Assembly (NCBI GenBank): GCA_045863475.1
Contig: BTUR01000001.1
Span: forward strand, 59,846-123,845
Direction of reading: 5' to 3'
Source: Candidatus Campbellbacteria bacterium
Lineage (GTDB): Bacteria; Patescibacteriota; Minisyncoccia; Phycocordibacterales; EsbW-18
DNA length: 64,000 bases
The translations under genes and the position numbers were made by a program. Below, one piece after another: positions 1 to 10,300 of this stretch; positions within the stretch are counted from its first letter, which is position 1; each line of letters starts with the position of its first letter. The notes beneath the pieces are model-generated. The model had not been told where the DNA came from, did no database searches, and saw only the letters and a program-made list of their open reading frames with translations.

Positions 1-205
1 TATGAGCTTGCAGTATAGCAAATTGAGTAAAAATGGCTCAACAGAGCCGTTTTTTGATATATACAATTAAGCTTAAAAAATGTTGTGGTGCGGGATTTTA
101 AAAACAAAATTGCAGGTTTTAATTGATGCACCTTTCAACAGAAAGTGCCGTCCCTCGGGGCGGCCTTTTGCGTACATGGGAACGTGTGCGCTGGAAGGCA
201 ACCAT

Positions 206-796
206 ATGAAAATCAACATCAAGACTCTACTCCCGAAGCTTTCTGCCAAGGTATGTGCGTTTGGTCTCATCACCTCATTCACGTCGTTTGCGAACTTCGG
301 AGTTATCAGCAATCCTATTCTCGTTGAAGCAGAGACGGAAGGGGAAACTGTGATTACTGTTAATGCAGACACTGAGGTTCTCTGGTTTGCCCGCGCAATC
401 TACTCGGAAACGAAAATTGCATCGGAGCAGGCGCTCGTCGCATGGGTTATTCGAAACCGCGTTGAATCTGAGCGATACCCGGACACATACAAAGAAGTTG
501 TGCTCCAGGCCAATCAGTTCTCCGGATTCTCAATCCGTGATGCGCAGTACCATGTGAACACAACGATGACGTTTGAGGACTCGAGCCCGTCGTGGGACAG
601 CGCGGTTGCCATCGCACAGGCGGTGTACACCGCTCCCGCGGCACTTCGCCCGCTTTCTGCAGACGTCATGCACTTCTACTCGCCGATTTCGGTTGTGAAC
701 ACGCCCTCATGGGCACAGGGACGCGAAGCAGACCACGTCGTTCGCGACACCAAGACCAACGGCATTCGGTTCGCCTTCTACGCAGACATCATCTAA
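206..796 (+). CDS. Cell-wall hydrolase, SleB/CwlJ (Hydrolase_2) family, with N-terminal signal peptide (start chosen at internal ATG 'MKINIK')
   Basis: Motifs LWFARAIYSE...EQALVAWVIRNRVES..YPDTYKEVVLQANQFS typical of SleB-like cell-wall hydrolases; hydrophobic N-terminus after MKINIK; first 42 codons of the track ORF look non-coding. Confidence 0.65.
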   Translation: MKINIKTLLPKLSAKVCAFGLITSFTSFANFGVISNPILVEAETEGETVITVNADTEVLWFARAIYSETKIASEQALVAWVIRNRVESERYPDTYKEVVLQANQFSGFSIRDAQYHVNTTMTFEDSSPSWDSAVAIAQAVYTAPAALRPLSADVMHFYSPISVVNTPSWAQGREADHVVRDTKTNGIRFAFYADII

Positions 797-810
797 CGAA
801 AGAAAAACCA

Positions 811-845
811 CCCCGCACGAAAAACGTGCGGGGTGGTTTTCGTTT
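811..845 (+). terminator. Rho-independent terminator (hairpin ccccgcacg...cgtgcgggg + T-run)
   Basis: GC-rich inverted repeat followed by ttttcgttt directly after stop codon. Confidence 0.55.
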
Positions 846-917
846 GCCGACAACCCTCCGGCGTGCTACAACTCCAAGCAGATTTTCGTTTTTTGACAGA
901 TAGGGAAAGGAGACACT

Positions 918-2291
918 ATGGGCCGGATGGGCGAACGAGCGGCGGCAAAGCGCAAGACACAGGAGTCGGCAACGCTCTTCTTCTGTCCGGTGCACAAGAG
1001 CCGGATCAGCAGAGAAGCATGTCTTGCGTTCTGTACGGCGCCGAAGAACAACGTTGATCGATGCACGCGTGAGTTCGCGTGCCCCTCCTCGTGGAGGCTG
1101 TGCTGGGCGTGTATCGCACACCACGGCCTCGGCGGACGCAGTAAACCCGTGGATGACCCGACCAAAGGTCTCTGCGAGTTTCACGCGGCAAAAGGCTTTG
1201 AAGCTGTGCCGACGTGGGTTGCGCAGGAACGCGAACGGTCACAGGGACATCACGGTTCTACAATCGACGAGATTCGGGAGCGGATCGAGAATCATAAGGT
1301 TGCGCGTAATGCGCCGAAACCGGAGGAAGAGGCGCCGCTTGCGACGGTTGTTCCACTCTCCGGTAACGGACACGCCAAGAAGGAGGATGACGGCCGGTAT
1401 CCGGTTGATGCCGTGCTTGAGGTCGACTGCAGTCGTGTACGACCGCTGAAGGACCAACCAAGATCGTATTTTGATGAGGAGAGGTTTAACGGCCTCGTCA
1501 ACTCAATCGGTAAGGTTGGTCAGCTTGAGATCGTCCCGGCGGTGTCGCTGCCGGACGGCACATTCCGTATCCGTGACGGCGAGCGTCGTTGGAGGGCCTG
1601 TACGAAACTCAGACGTAAGTTACGTATCATTGTGGTTCGGGAACTTTCGTACGAGGAAGAGGTTGAGCAGGCGGCGGTGCTGAACTTCAATCGCCAAGAG
1701 CATACACCCATCGAGAAGGCCCGCATCTTTCTACGGCTTCGCGACGGCGAACTTAAGCGCACGGTCGCAGAGATCGCGCACATGTTCGGTGTCACGACGC
1801 AGACGGTGTACAACCACATTATCCTTCTGGAGAAGCTTACACCGAAGGTTCAGGAACTGCTCGATCCGGTCCTGCAAGGTGGCATGAGGAACATCCTCGG
1901 GTCATCTATTGCGCAATACCTCACTGCTTTTTTCGATCGTCCGAAGAAACAGGAAGAGCTCGCGCAGAAGATTCTAAAGAACAAACTCAACCTCCGTGAA
2001 GCCAAGGTGCTCATCGACCGCGAAGCATCGAAACTCGGTATTAAGACTGGACGCGGACGTGAGGCGAAGGCGCACGACCACATCGTCATTCTCAAGCGGA
2101 TGCTCACGACCATGGGTGCGACACTCGACCGCTTCGAAGGATTTTCGGAGGAGGAGTGGCGGCGTCTGTGGGTGTCTCGTTCGTGGCTCGAGCGTGAGCA
2201 GATTGCCGAGAGACTCAAAAAACTCGAAGCGCGCCTCAACAGCTTGCGAGTCCACATCAACGAATCTCTCGGGCGTCCCAAGGATGCCTGA
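918..2291 (+). CDS. ParB/sulfiredoxin-like nuclease-domain protein with N-terminal Cys-rich (putative zinc-ribbon) region and HTH
   Basis: ParB-N motif ...RPLKDQPRSYFDEERFNGLVNSIGKVGQLEIVPAV...FRIRDGERRWRA; 8 Cys in first 90 aa; RBS aaggaga 7 nt upstream of ATG; no adjacent parA. Confidence 0.6.
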   Translation: MGRMGERAAAKRKTQESATLFFCPVHKSRISREACLAFCTAPKNNVDRCTREFACPSSWRLCWACIAHHGLGGRSKPVDDPTKGLCEFHAAKGFEAVPTWVAQERERSQGHHGSTIDEIRERIENHKVARNAPKPEEEAPLATVVPLSGNGHAKKEDDGRYPVDAVLEVDCSRVRPLKDQPRSYFDEERFNGLVNSIGKVGQLEIVPAVSLPDGTFRIRDGERRWRACTKLRRKLRIIVVRELSYEEEVEQAAVLNFNRQEHTPIEKARIFLRLRDGELKRTVAEIAHMFGVTTQTVYNHIILLEKLTPKVQELLDPVLQGGMRNILGSSIAQYLTAFFDRPKKQEELAQKILKNKLNLREAKVLIDREASKLGIKTGRGREAKAHDHIVILKRMLTTMGATLDRFEGFSEEEWRRLWVSRSWLEREQIAERLKKLEARLNSLRVHINESLGRPKDA

Positions 2292-2311
2292 CAACCTTTC
2301 TTTTCTATCGA

Positions 2312-2348
2312 GCGCGTCCCGGCTAGCCGGGACGCGCTCGTCTTTTTC
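2312..2348 (+). terminator. Rho-independent terminator
   Basis: gcgcgtcccggctagccgggacgcgc perfect hairpin followed by tcgtcttttt. Confidence 0.7.
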
Positions 2349-2365
2349 AAAAATTCTTTATCACC

Positions 2366-3244
2366 ATGGCGTATACTTTCCCCATGCTGCAGAATGTAAA
2401 ACTCTTTTTGTTCTCATTTGTACTTCTTGTGTTTGCAACGGGAAGTATTTGGTATGTCTTGCGCGACGTGGAGCGCGAGCCGACGCTCACGGTTGCGTTT
2501 CTTGATGTCGGACAAGGTGATGCAATTTTTATTGAGAGTCCATCGGGGAAACAAATGCTCATTGATGGTGGGCCGGATAAAAGTGTGGTGCGAGAACTCT
2601 CACGTGTCATGCCATTTTATGACCGCACGATTGATGTCGTCATTAACACACATCCTGACCGCGACCACATCGGCGGGTTACCCGAAGTGCTCAGACGCTA
2701 CCGTGTTGCGCAAGTGTTTGATCCCGGCGTGGAATCGGATTCAGGGACGTACGGGTACTACCGACAACTTATTGAATCAAAGGACATTGAATACATAGCC
2801 GCACGCCGAGGTCAGATAATTGATTTCGGTGATGGAACATATGCAGAAATTTTATTTCCCGACCGGGACCTCAACGGGATTTCAAATGACAATAATGCAT
2901 CGGTTGTTGCGCGTGTCGTGTATGCGAGCACGTCTGTAATGCTTACCGGCGACGCTCCGAAGAGTGTTGAGCAGTATCTTGCTGCACTCGGCGGTGATGC
3001 ATTGGATTCCGATATTTTGAAGGCCGGACATCACGGCTCGCGCACCTCAAGCGGAGAGTTGTTTGTCGTGGCGGTTTCTCCCGTGTGGGCAATTATCTCG
3101 GCGGGGAAGGATAATTCGTACAATCATCCGCACGAAGAGGTGCTGCAAATTTTTGCATCATCAAGTGTCGCAGTGTTGGGTACCTACGATCTCGGCACCA
3201 TTATTTTTGAAAGCGACGGAAAAGAGTTTGTTCTACAAAAATAA
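2366..3244 (+). CDS. ComEC/Rec2-related metallo-beta-lactamase-fold domain protein (stand-alone, membrane anchored)
   Basis: FLDVGQGDAIFIESPSGKQMLIDGG...HPDRDHIGGL...LKAGHHGSRTSS motifs of the ComEC C-terminal MBL domain; N-terminal TM helix. Confidence 0.7.
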   Translation: MAYTFPMLQNVKLFLFSFVLLVFATGSIWYVLRDVEREPTLTVAFLDVGQGDAIFIESPSGKQMLIDGGPDKSVVRELSRVMPFYDRTIDVVINTHPDRDHIGGLPEVLRRYRVAQVFDPGVESDSGTYGYYRQLIESKDIEYIAARRGQIIDFGDGTYAEILFPDRDLNGISNDNNASVVARVVYASTSVMLTGDAPKSVEQYLAALGGDALDSDILKAGHHGSRTSSGELFVVAVSPVWAIISAGKDNSYNHPHEEVLQIFASSSVAVLGTYDLGTIIFESDGKEFVLQK

Positions 3245-3245
3245 A

Positions 3246-3276
3246 AATCCTCCGGCATGCCGGAGGATTTTTAGTT
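3246..3276 (+). terminator. Rho-independent terminator
   Basis: aaaatcctccggcatgccggaggatttttag hairpin + T-run. Confidence 0.65.
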
Positions 3277-3281
3277 TGTGA

Positions 3282-3536
3282 TTATTTGAGTGCGCCGACT
3301 TTCTTGAGTGTCTCGTATGCACCTCGCTTGCGAATGGTCTTGAGGCCGCGATTTGAAACGGAGACATGGACGGACTTGCCGAGTTCTGGAATGTAGAGCT
3401 TGCGCTTCTGGATGTTTGCCTTGCGGCGGTTCTTTCCGCGTTTTACGCCAGGGTTAAATTGCGTCGCACGCGTTCGGTTGCTGTAGCGACCCGCTGTTTG
3501 AGTTGATTTCCCTGTAACAACGCATTTCTTTGTCAT
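3282..3536 (-). CDS. rpmB: 50S ribosomal protein L28
   Basis: MTKKCVVTGK...HVSVSNRGLKTIRKRG matches L28 family; start moved to MTKK ATG inside track ORF. Confidence 0.8.
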   Translation of the reverse strand: MTKKCVVTGKSTQTAGRYSNRTRATQFNPGVKRGKNRRKANIQKRKLYIPELGKSVHVSVSNRGLKTIRKRGAYETLKKVGALK

Positions 3537-3547
3537 ATAGCGTAGGT

Positions 3548-4225
3548 ATGCCGATACCAAACCGGCTCGCGCATGATATCATGAGGCGACATACTCGTAA
3601 AGTTCTTATGCCCGACCTCGTACAAGCCGCAATTACCATCGCCGTCGTCATTTTTTCCATCGTGTTGCACGAGGTCGCCCACGGCTATGCCGCCAATTAC
3701 CTTGGTGATCCGACGGCGCGGCTGTCGGGGAGGCTCACGCTTAACCCGCTGTCGCACCTGGATTTGTTCGGTTCCGTGCTCGTACCCGTGGTCACCTGGC
3801 TCTCCGGTGGTTTTATCTTCGGGTGGGCGAAACCGGTCCCGTACAATCCCTACAACCTGAAAGCAGCGAGGTTCTCGGAGGCATTCGTTGCCGCTGCAGG
3901 CCCAGCGACAAATCTACTGCTCGCTTTGGTCTTTGGACTCGCCATTCGTTTGTTCGGGGACATATTGCCGGACGGTGTTCTCTTTGTTGCGTTTATTGTT
4001 ACCGTTGCAAACATTGCACTCTTCATCTTCAACCTCATTCCCGTACCACCGTTAGACGGAAGTAAGATTCTTGCATCGGTGTTGCCTCTTCATGTTGCTC
4101 AGAAAATGCTCTCGCTTGAAAAATACGGATTTTTACTTGTTTTTTTGGTTATTCTCGTCGCGTGGCGTGTCATTTCTCCCGTTATTAGTGCGACTTTTTC
4201 ACTCATCACCGGTTTGTCGTTTTAA
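3548..4225 (+). CDS. Site-2 protease / peptidase M50 family membrane metalloprotease (start uncertain: 3530 TTG, 3548 ATG or 3581 ATG)
   Basis: HEVAHGYAA HExxH motif in TM helix, multiple TM segments, LDG motif near C-terminus; divergent from rpmB with only ~10-45 nt between starts. Confidence 0.6.
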   Translation: MPIPNRLAHDIMRRHTRKVLMPDLVQAAITIAVVIFSIVLHEVAHGYAANYLGDPTARLSGRLTLNPLSHLDLFGSVLVPVVTWLSGGFIFGWAKPVPYNPYNLKAARFSEAFVAAAGPATNLLLALVFGLAIRLFGDILPDGVLFVAFIVTVANIALFIFNLIPVPPLDGSKILASVLPLHVAQKMLSLEKYGFLLVFLVILVAWRVISPVISATFSLITGLSF

Positions 4226-4317
4226 CTTGTCCACATAAGGCTTTTTTCCGAAAAAAAGCCTTATTTTTCGTGGTATTATTTGGGGTGGCAACTGAAGCCG
4301 CCGATTTTTCATTGTTC

Positions 4318-7300
4318 ATGACAGAGCGAACACCTACAAAAGCGCTTCTCACCTCGATTTTCCTCCTCGGTTCGTTACTCGGACCTCTCTTTTCTGAGGC
4401 CGAGACGACTGTCGAAGACCCGTTTGCGACAGGGTCCACAACCCCCACACTCTTTGACCGATACGCAACATTTTCCGAAGGTGCGCAGGGCGTTATTTTT
4501 GGCGCATTTGAAAAAACACTCGCGGACGTTCTTGTCGGTTTTCGGTTATACGACGAATTTTCCGCCGGCGCGGAGCGGACGGTTCTCGATGGGTTTACCG
4601 CTTTTGCTGATGGTGCGCTGTCAGCAACATACACATACGAAAACGCAGCAAATATTTTGCATACAGCAACACTCGCGTCAGTGTCCGACGCCGTCGATTC
4701 TGTCGGTGGCAGTGTTGCGTTCGGCAGACGCAGCTATGTAACAGCTGTTGATACCGTGTTTGCATTTGCCGAACGCGCAGTCGTAGACACAACCGACGCG
4801 ACTGTTGAAAATGCGCAACGCATGACGCGTGTCGCGCGCTCACTTGTTTCGTTGGACACATTTGTTGTGCGAAGCACAACGGAAGAAGAAAAAGAAAAAC
4901 TAACTCCAAAACAAGAACCGACCGTCGTGATAAAAAATAATACACTCACTGCGTCAGGGGCTCTCGCGTGGAACACGCTTGGTGGCGTACCTGATGTTGC
5001 AATCGATGCTGCAAAAAATTCTCTCGCAGCAAGCGCAGAAGCAACAACGGGACTGTTTGAGCGCACGCGCCTCGCACTCCGACGCTGGCTTGGTATCGGG
5101 GATGACACAATGGTTGCTGTTCCGGGCACGAATACAACGACAGCCACAACGACGGTCATTGAGCGCATCGTTGAGCGCCCGACGACGGTCACGCAGGTGT
5201 TGCGAAGCAGTGGTGTTTCGTATGCAGACCTCATCAATGCAATTGCAGGATTACGAAACGAACTCCAGCCGCAGATAGACCTTGCGATGGAGCGTCCGCG
5301 CACGGTGTCGCATTCAGGTGATGACGATGATGATGGTGGTGATGGCGGAAGCAGCGGAGATGTAACTGAGGACGACTTGTCCGACAACTCCATTGAGGAC
5401 CTTTCCGATGTCGCTGCGATGACTGAAACATCCGGCGACCTGCTCTACTGGAACGGGGCAACATGGACGAACATCGCAACGTCGTCTTTGGGAATTTCCG
5501 GTGGCTCATCACAATGGACGACCTCCGGTTCAGATATCTACTACACGACAGGCAACGTCGGTGTCGGCACAACGTCGCCTGACGAGCGCCTGACGGTGGG
5601 CGGCAATATTCACGCAACGGGCTCCGTTGATATTGACTCAGGTTCCGAATATCAGATCGGCGGTACGGGGATTCTTACGCGCACGAGCTCGGGCGCCGTA
5701 CTGCTTGGTGACTACAACACGTCGGTCACGCGTGGTACAAACGCACTTGAACTCCAGTCAGCGCCCGGTGACACAACAAACTTCGCGCAAGGAAACAGCT
5801 CAATTGTCATCGGTATGTGGAACCGTGCGTCATCAACAAACGCAATTGCAATCGGTAACAGTAATGAAGCATATTCCGCCGATGACATTCTTGTCGGATA
5901 CGGGAACATGACGCGAGAGACCGCTGCAGCTGGAACACAATCGGACTCGACCATCTTTGGTCGCGCCAACGAAATCTGGAACGTAAATAACTCACTTGCC
6001 CTGGGTGACGATAACTCTCTGACCGGCGGATTTGCGGGGCTTGAGCGTCAGGTAGTTGTGGGCGCATCAAACTCTGTGGAAGGGGCGGGGTACACAAGCG
6101 TATTCGGCTACGACAACACACTCAATGCAGCATCGTCATACTTGTACGCGGTTGCGCTCGGTTCAACCAACATCCTCGGTACTACTCCGGCGTACTCGGT
6201 TGCTGTTGGTTCGAACAACGCACTCGACGGTGCGCGCACGGTTGCCGTCGGTTCCAATGTGTACGCCGGCGGTCCCGAGGCAATCGCCATCGGTGTCGAG
6301 TCGTCAGGTGGAAACATGTTTGCGCTCGGTTATCGCGCGATTTCAATCGGTGTGAATACGCAGGCGAACGCCGACGGCGCGATTGCAATCGGCAACGGCA
6401 TCGTCAACGCGGTTGCCTCGTCCACGCAGATCGGTCCGTCAGACACAGCGAAGCTCACTATCCTTGGTGCCACGGGTTCGGAAGGATTCGTCGGTATTGG
6501 CACGACGACGCCCGCGACAAATCTCGTTGTTGACGGCGACGTTTCAATCACTGGCGGGCTCTACGATTCCGGCACCTCGCTTGGTTCAAACGGCATGGTG
6601 CTTCAGTCAACAGGAACGGGTATCGACTGGGTGTCGACGTCATCTCTTAACATCACCCAAGACCTCTCCGCATACCTGACACTTGCCGACTGGTATGCGA
6701 CAACAACGGACGGACTTGCTGAAGGACTCACAAATCTCTATAACCAAACACACACAGGCGAGGTGACTGGGGCAACAGGTCTCACAATTGCTGATGATGT
6801 TGTCGATGAAGCGAATCTAAAAATAAACGCGGCCGTTGACGGGTATGTTATCTCTGCGTCGTCAACCGCATCTGGCGGGCTTGCGTGGGTCGCGACATCC
6901 AGTTTGGGATTTGGTAGTGGTTCCGGGGTTGTTGGCTCTGGCACAACAGGACAGGTTGCATACTACGCCGCGGACGGCACAGCGGTAACGGGAACGTCGT
7001 CTGTGTTCATTGCACCGAGCGGCAATGTGGGCATCGGTTCAACGACACCGTTGAGTGTGCTAACCGTATCAGGTCCTGCGGCAACAATCTCGATAGACAA
7101 CTCAAGTATCGGAGGTCGGATATACCAGTTGCGCAATGGGGTGTCACCCGTTGGTCGTTTCGAAATATTTGATGTCAGTGCAAATGAGACACGGCTTGCT
7201 ATAGACTCTGATGGAAAGACGGCTATTGGCACATCAACACCGATAGAAGACGCAAGGCTATTTATCTACGGTGGCGCGAATGTCGATATTCGCACAGCGG

Positions 7301-10300
7301 CAAACACTGAGAACGCAACGATTGAAGTACAATCCGATGACTTTGAGTCCAGTTTCCAGTCAGCATATCTCCAATACGTTGGGTCAGGTATCGCGGGGAA
7401 CGTGTTTGGCTCTGTCCCGAATGCAGATCTCGCCCGGCTCGTTTTTCAGGAGTCGGCGAACGCAGCGATATACACAACAAATGACGTCCCGATTATTTTT
7501 GGCATAAATAGTGCTGAAGTCGCACGCTTCAGTGGAACGAGCTTTGGTATCGGTACGACATCACCATACGCTACGCTGTCCGTTGCGGGTGATATTGCAC
7601 TGACTGGCGGTTTATACGATAGTACCGCATCGCTCGGTGCAGATGGCTTCGTGTTGCAGACAACAGCCACAGGTGTTGAGTGGGTTTCAACATCATCGCT
7701 TAACATCACCCAAGACCTTTCCGGCTACTTCACACTCGCTGACTGGTACGCAACAACAACGGACGGGCTTGCTGAAGGACTCACAAATCTCTATAACCAA
7801 ACACACACAGGCGAGGTGACTGGGGCAACAGGTCTCACAATTGCTGATGATGTTGTCGATGAAGCGAATCTAAAAATAAACGCGGCCGTTGACGGGTATG
7901 TTATCTCTGCGTCGTCAACCGCATCTGGCGGGCTTGCGTGGGTCGCGACATCAACACTTGGATTGGGTAGTGAGTTGTTTGTTGACGATGGAAGCACACT
8001 TCGCACAGCCGGTGGAGAGGCGGTGCAGGCCGACTACTTTATTGCGACATCAACATCTGCCACTTCAACTTTCCCGATTATTGCGGGAAGTTCTGCCGCA
8101 TCAGGAAATCTCATTTTGCAGTCAACGACCAACTCGACGAAGGGTCGCATCTATCTCGAGGGGACGAGTAACGGAACGGGCCTAGGCATCCGCATCAATA
8201 ATGATTCAGGAACTGCACGGCTCGAACTGTACAACGGGACATCGGGAAACGCAGCACACATTCTTGCCGGCACCATTCTTGGCTCAGCGTTTCGAGGTTC
8301 GGCATCGTGTTCATCCGCTCCGTGCTTCAGTATCAACCCGACGCAGGCATCATTTAACTCGGCGTACACCCTTGATTGGACGAGTGGCGCGTACAATGCA
8401 ACGCGTGACATCGGCCTCGCTCGTGTCAGTGCCGGTATTCTTGGTGTTACAGGTGGACTGACAGGTGGTGGCGCACTTTCCGCAAACTATTTTACTGCCA
8501 CGTCGACGTCAGCAACATCAACGTTTTCAGGTGTTCTGAGTGTTGCGGGTGCGCTCGCAGATGGCTCTGGTAGTCCTGGCGTTTCTGGCTACGTTCTTCA
8601 ATCCACCGGAACGGGAGTAGATTGGGTTTCGACGACAACGCTCGGATTGGACGGAGGTACGAGTTTGTTTGTTGATGACGGCACCACTCTTCGCACGGCC
8701 GATGGGGAAGCAGTGCAGGCGAGCCACATCATCTCCACATCAACCGCGACCTCCACTTTTGGCGGAGACATTTCGATAACCGGCGACATTGTTCCGACTG
8801 CGGACAACACGTACTCGCTTGGTGCTTCAACAACACAGTGGAAAGATGTTTTCATCGGTCCCGGGTCACTGTACATCAACGGACAGAAGGTGATTGAGGA
8901 AGACGGGTCGAACAATATTGTCGTATCGTCTGATATCAACCAGTCACTCGTCCTTCAGACGTCGGGGAGTGGTGATGTGGAACTTAATCCGACGGGGGCC
9001 GGTCTCATTTATCTCAAGGGAAATATTAACGTTACGGGCGGTAAGGTGGTTTCCACATCCGATAATTCATTACTTGAGTTTGAAGACGGCGTCCTTGCAG
9101 GAAATCTTGCAATTGACGGCAACGCAATTACCGCAACGAACACCGATGGAAGCATTTCACTGACTCCCAACGGTGTTGGTAATCTTCTGCTCACAAGTGG
9201 TAACTTTGGCATCGGCACGTCATCTCCATACGCAGACCTTTCCGTTACGGGTGACATAGCACTCACGGGTGGTTTGTATGACAATACGGCAACACGCGGT
9301 GTTTCGGGGTATGTCCTCCAATCCACTGGCACAGGAGTTTCATGGGTCTCGACGAGCTCCTTGAATATATCCGGCGGCTCTTCGCAATGGACAACGACGG
9401 GCTCGGACATTTACTACGCGACGGGACGAGTTGGTGTGGGCACGACGGCACCTGCGTTCACACTCTCGGTTGCCGGTGACACACTACTGGACTCTAACAA
9501 TATTCGTTTTGCATCCAGCTCCGCATCATCACTTACCGTCAGTTACCTTGCCGCTGCGACATCAACGATTGTAAACAACTCCGCGTTTTCGTGGACCCTG
9601 GCGACGTCAACGACTGCAACGCCTATCTTCCGTATCGACACCACATCTGGAGGCATGGCGACAACATCTATTGCCGGCGGACTGCTCATCAACGGCGGTG
9701 CGATTTCATACGACTACGGTGCAAACGAAACATCCATTGAGAAACTCAATCTCGGCAACATGGCGTTTGATGACGACGCCGGCATCGTTTCGTGGATTAA
9801 TCTTCCCATCACGGCGTCTCCGTCCATCGGCACTCCGCAGAGCTATTCCGCGCAAATTGATGACAATATCCTCCTGACTATTTATGGTGAGGCAGACGGT
9901 TCAGGTGGTGCACAGAATTTGCGTGTTGGTGTTGGTACATCAACGCCGTATGCGCGCTTTGCCATTATGGGTGCCGCTGGTTCTACTGATATATTCCAAA
10001 TTGCTTCATCAACCGGAGCGAGTGTTCTTACGGTGACAGCTGCGGGGAAGGTGGGAATTGGCACGACGACCCCGTACACGACGTTGGCTATCATTGGACC
10101 CGATGAAGCACCAACGACAGCGACGACAACCAACGGAGGACTCGGTATTCGTGGTACGGGAACAACAGTCGAGCTGACTATGGGTACGAACGTTGAAGGT
10201 TCAGAAGCATATGCATGGTTACAGGGTAAAAATTATGTGACACCAGGTATATACTATCCGATTATCCTTAACCAAAACGGCGGCAACGTCGGTGTAGGTA

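Noticed and set aside
4206-10133. Numerous 60-220-aa ORFs on both strands inside 4318..11100
   Set aside because: Alternative-frame artefacts of the GC-rich giant gene; the single 2276-codon frame is clearly dominant.
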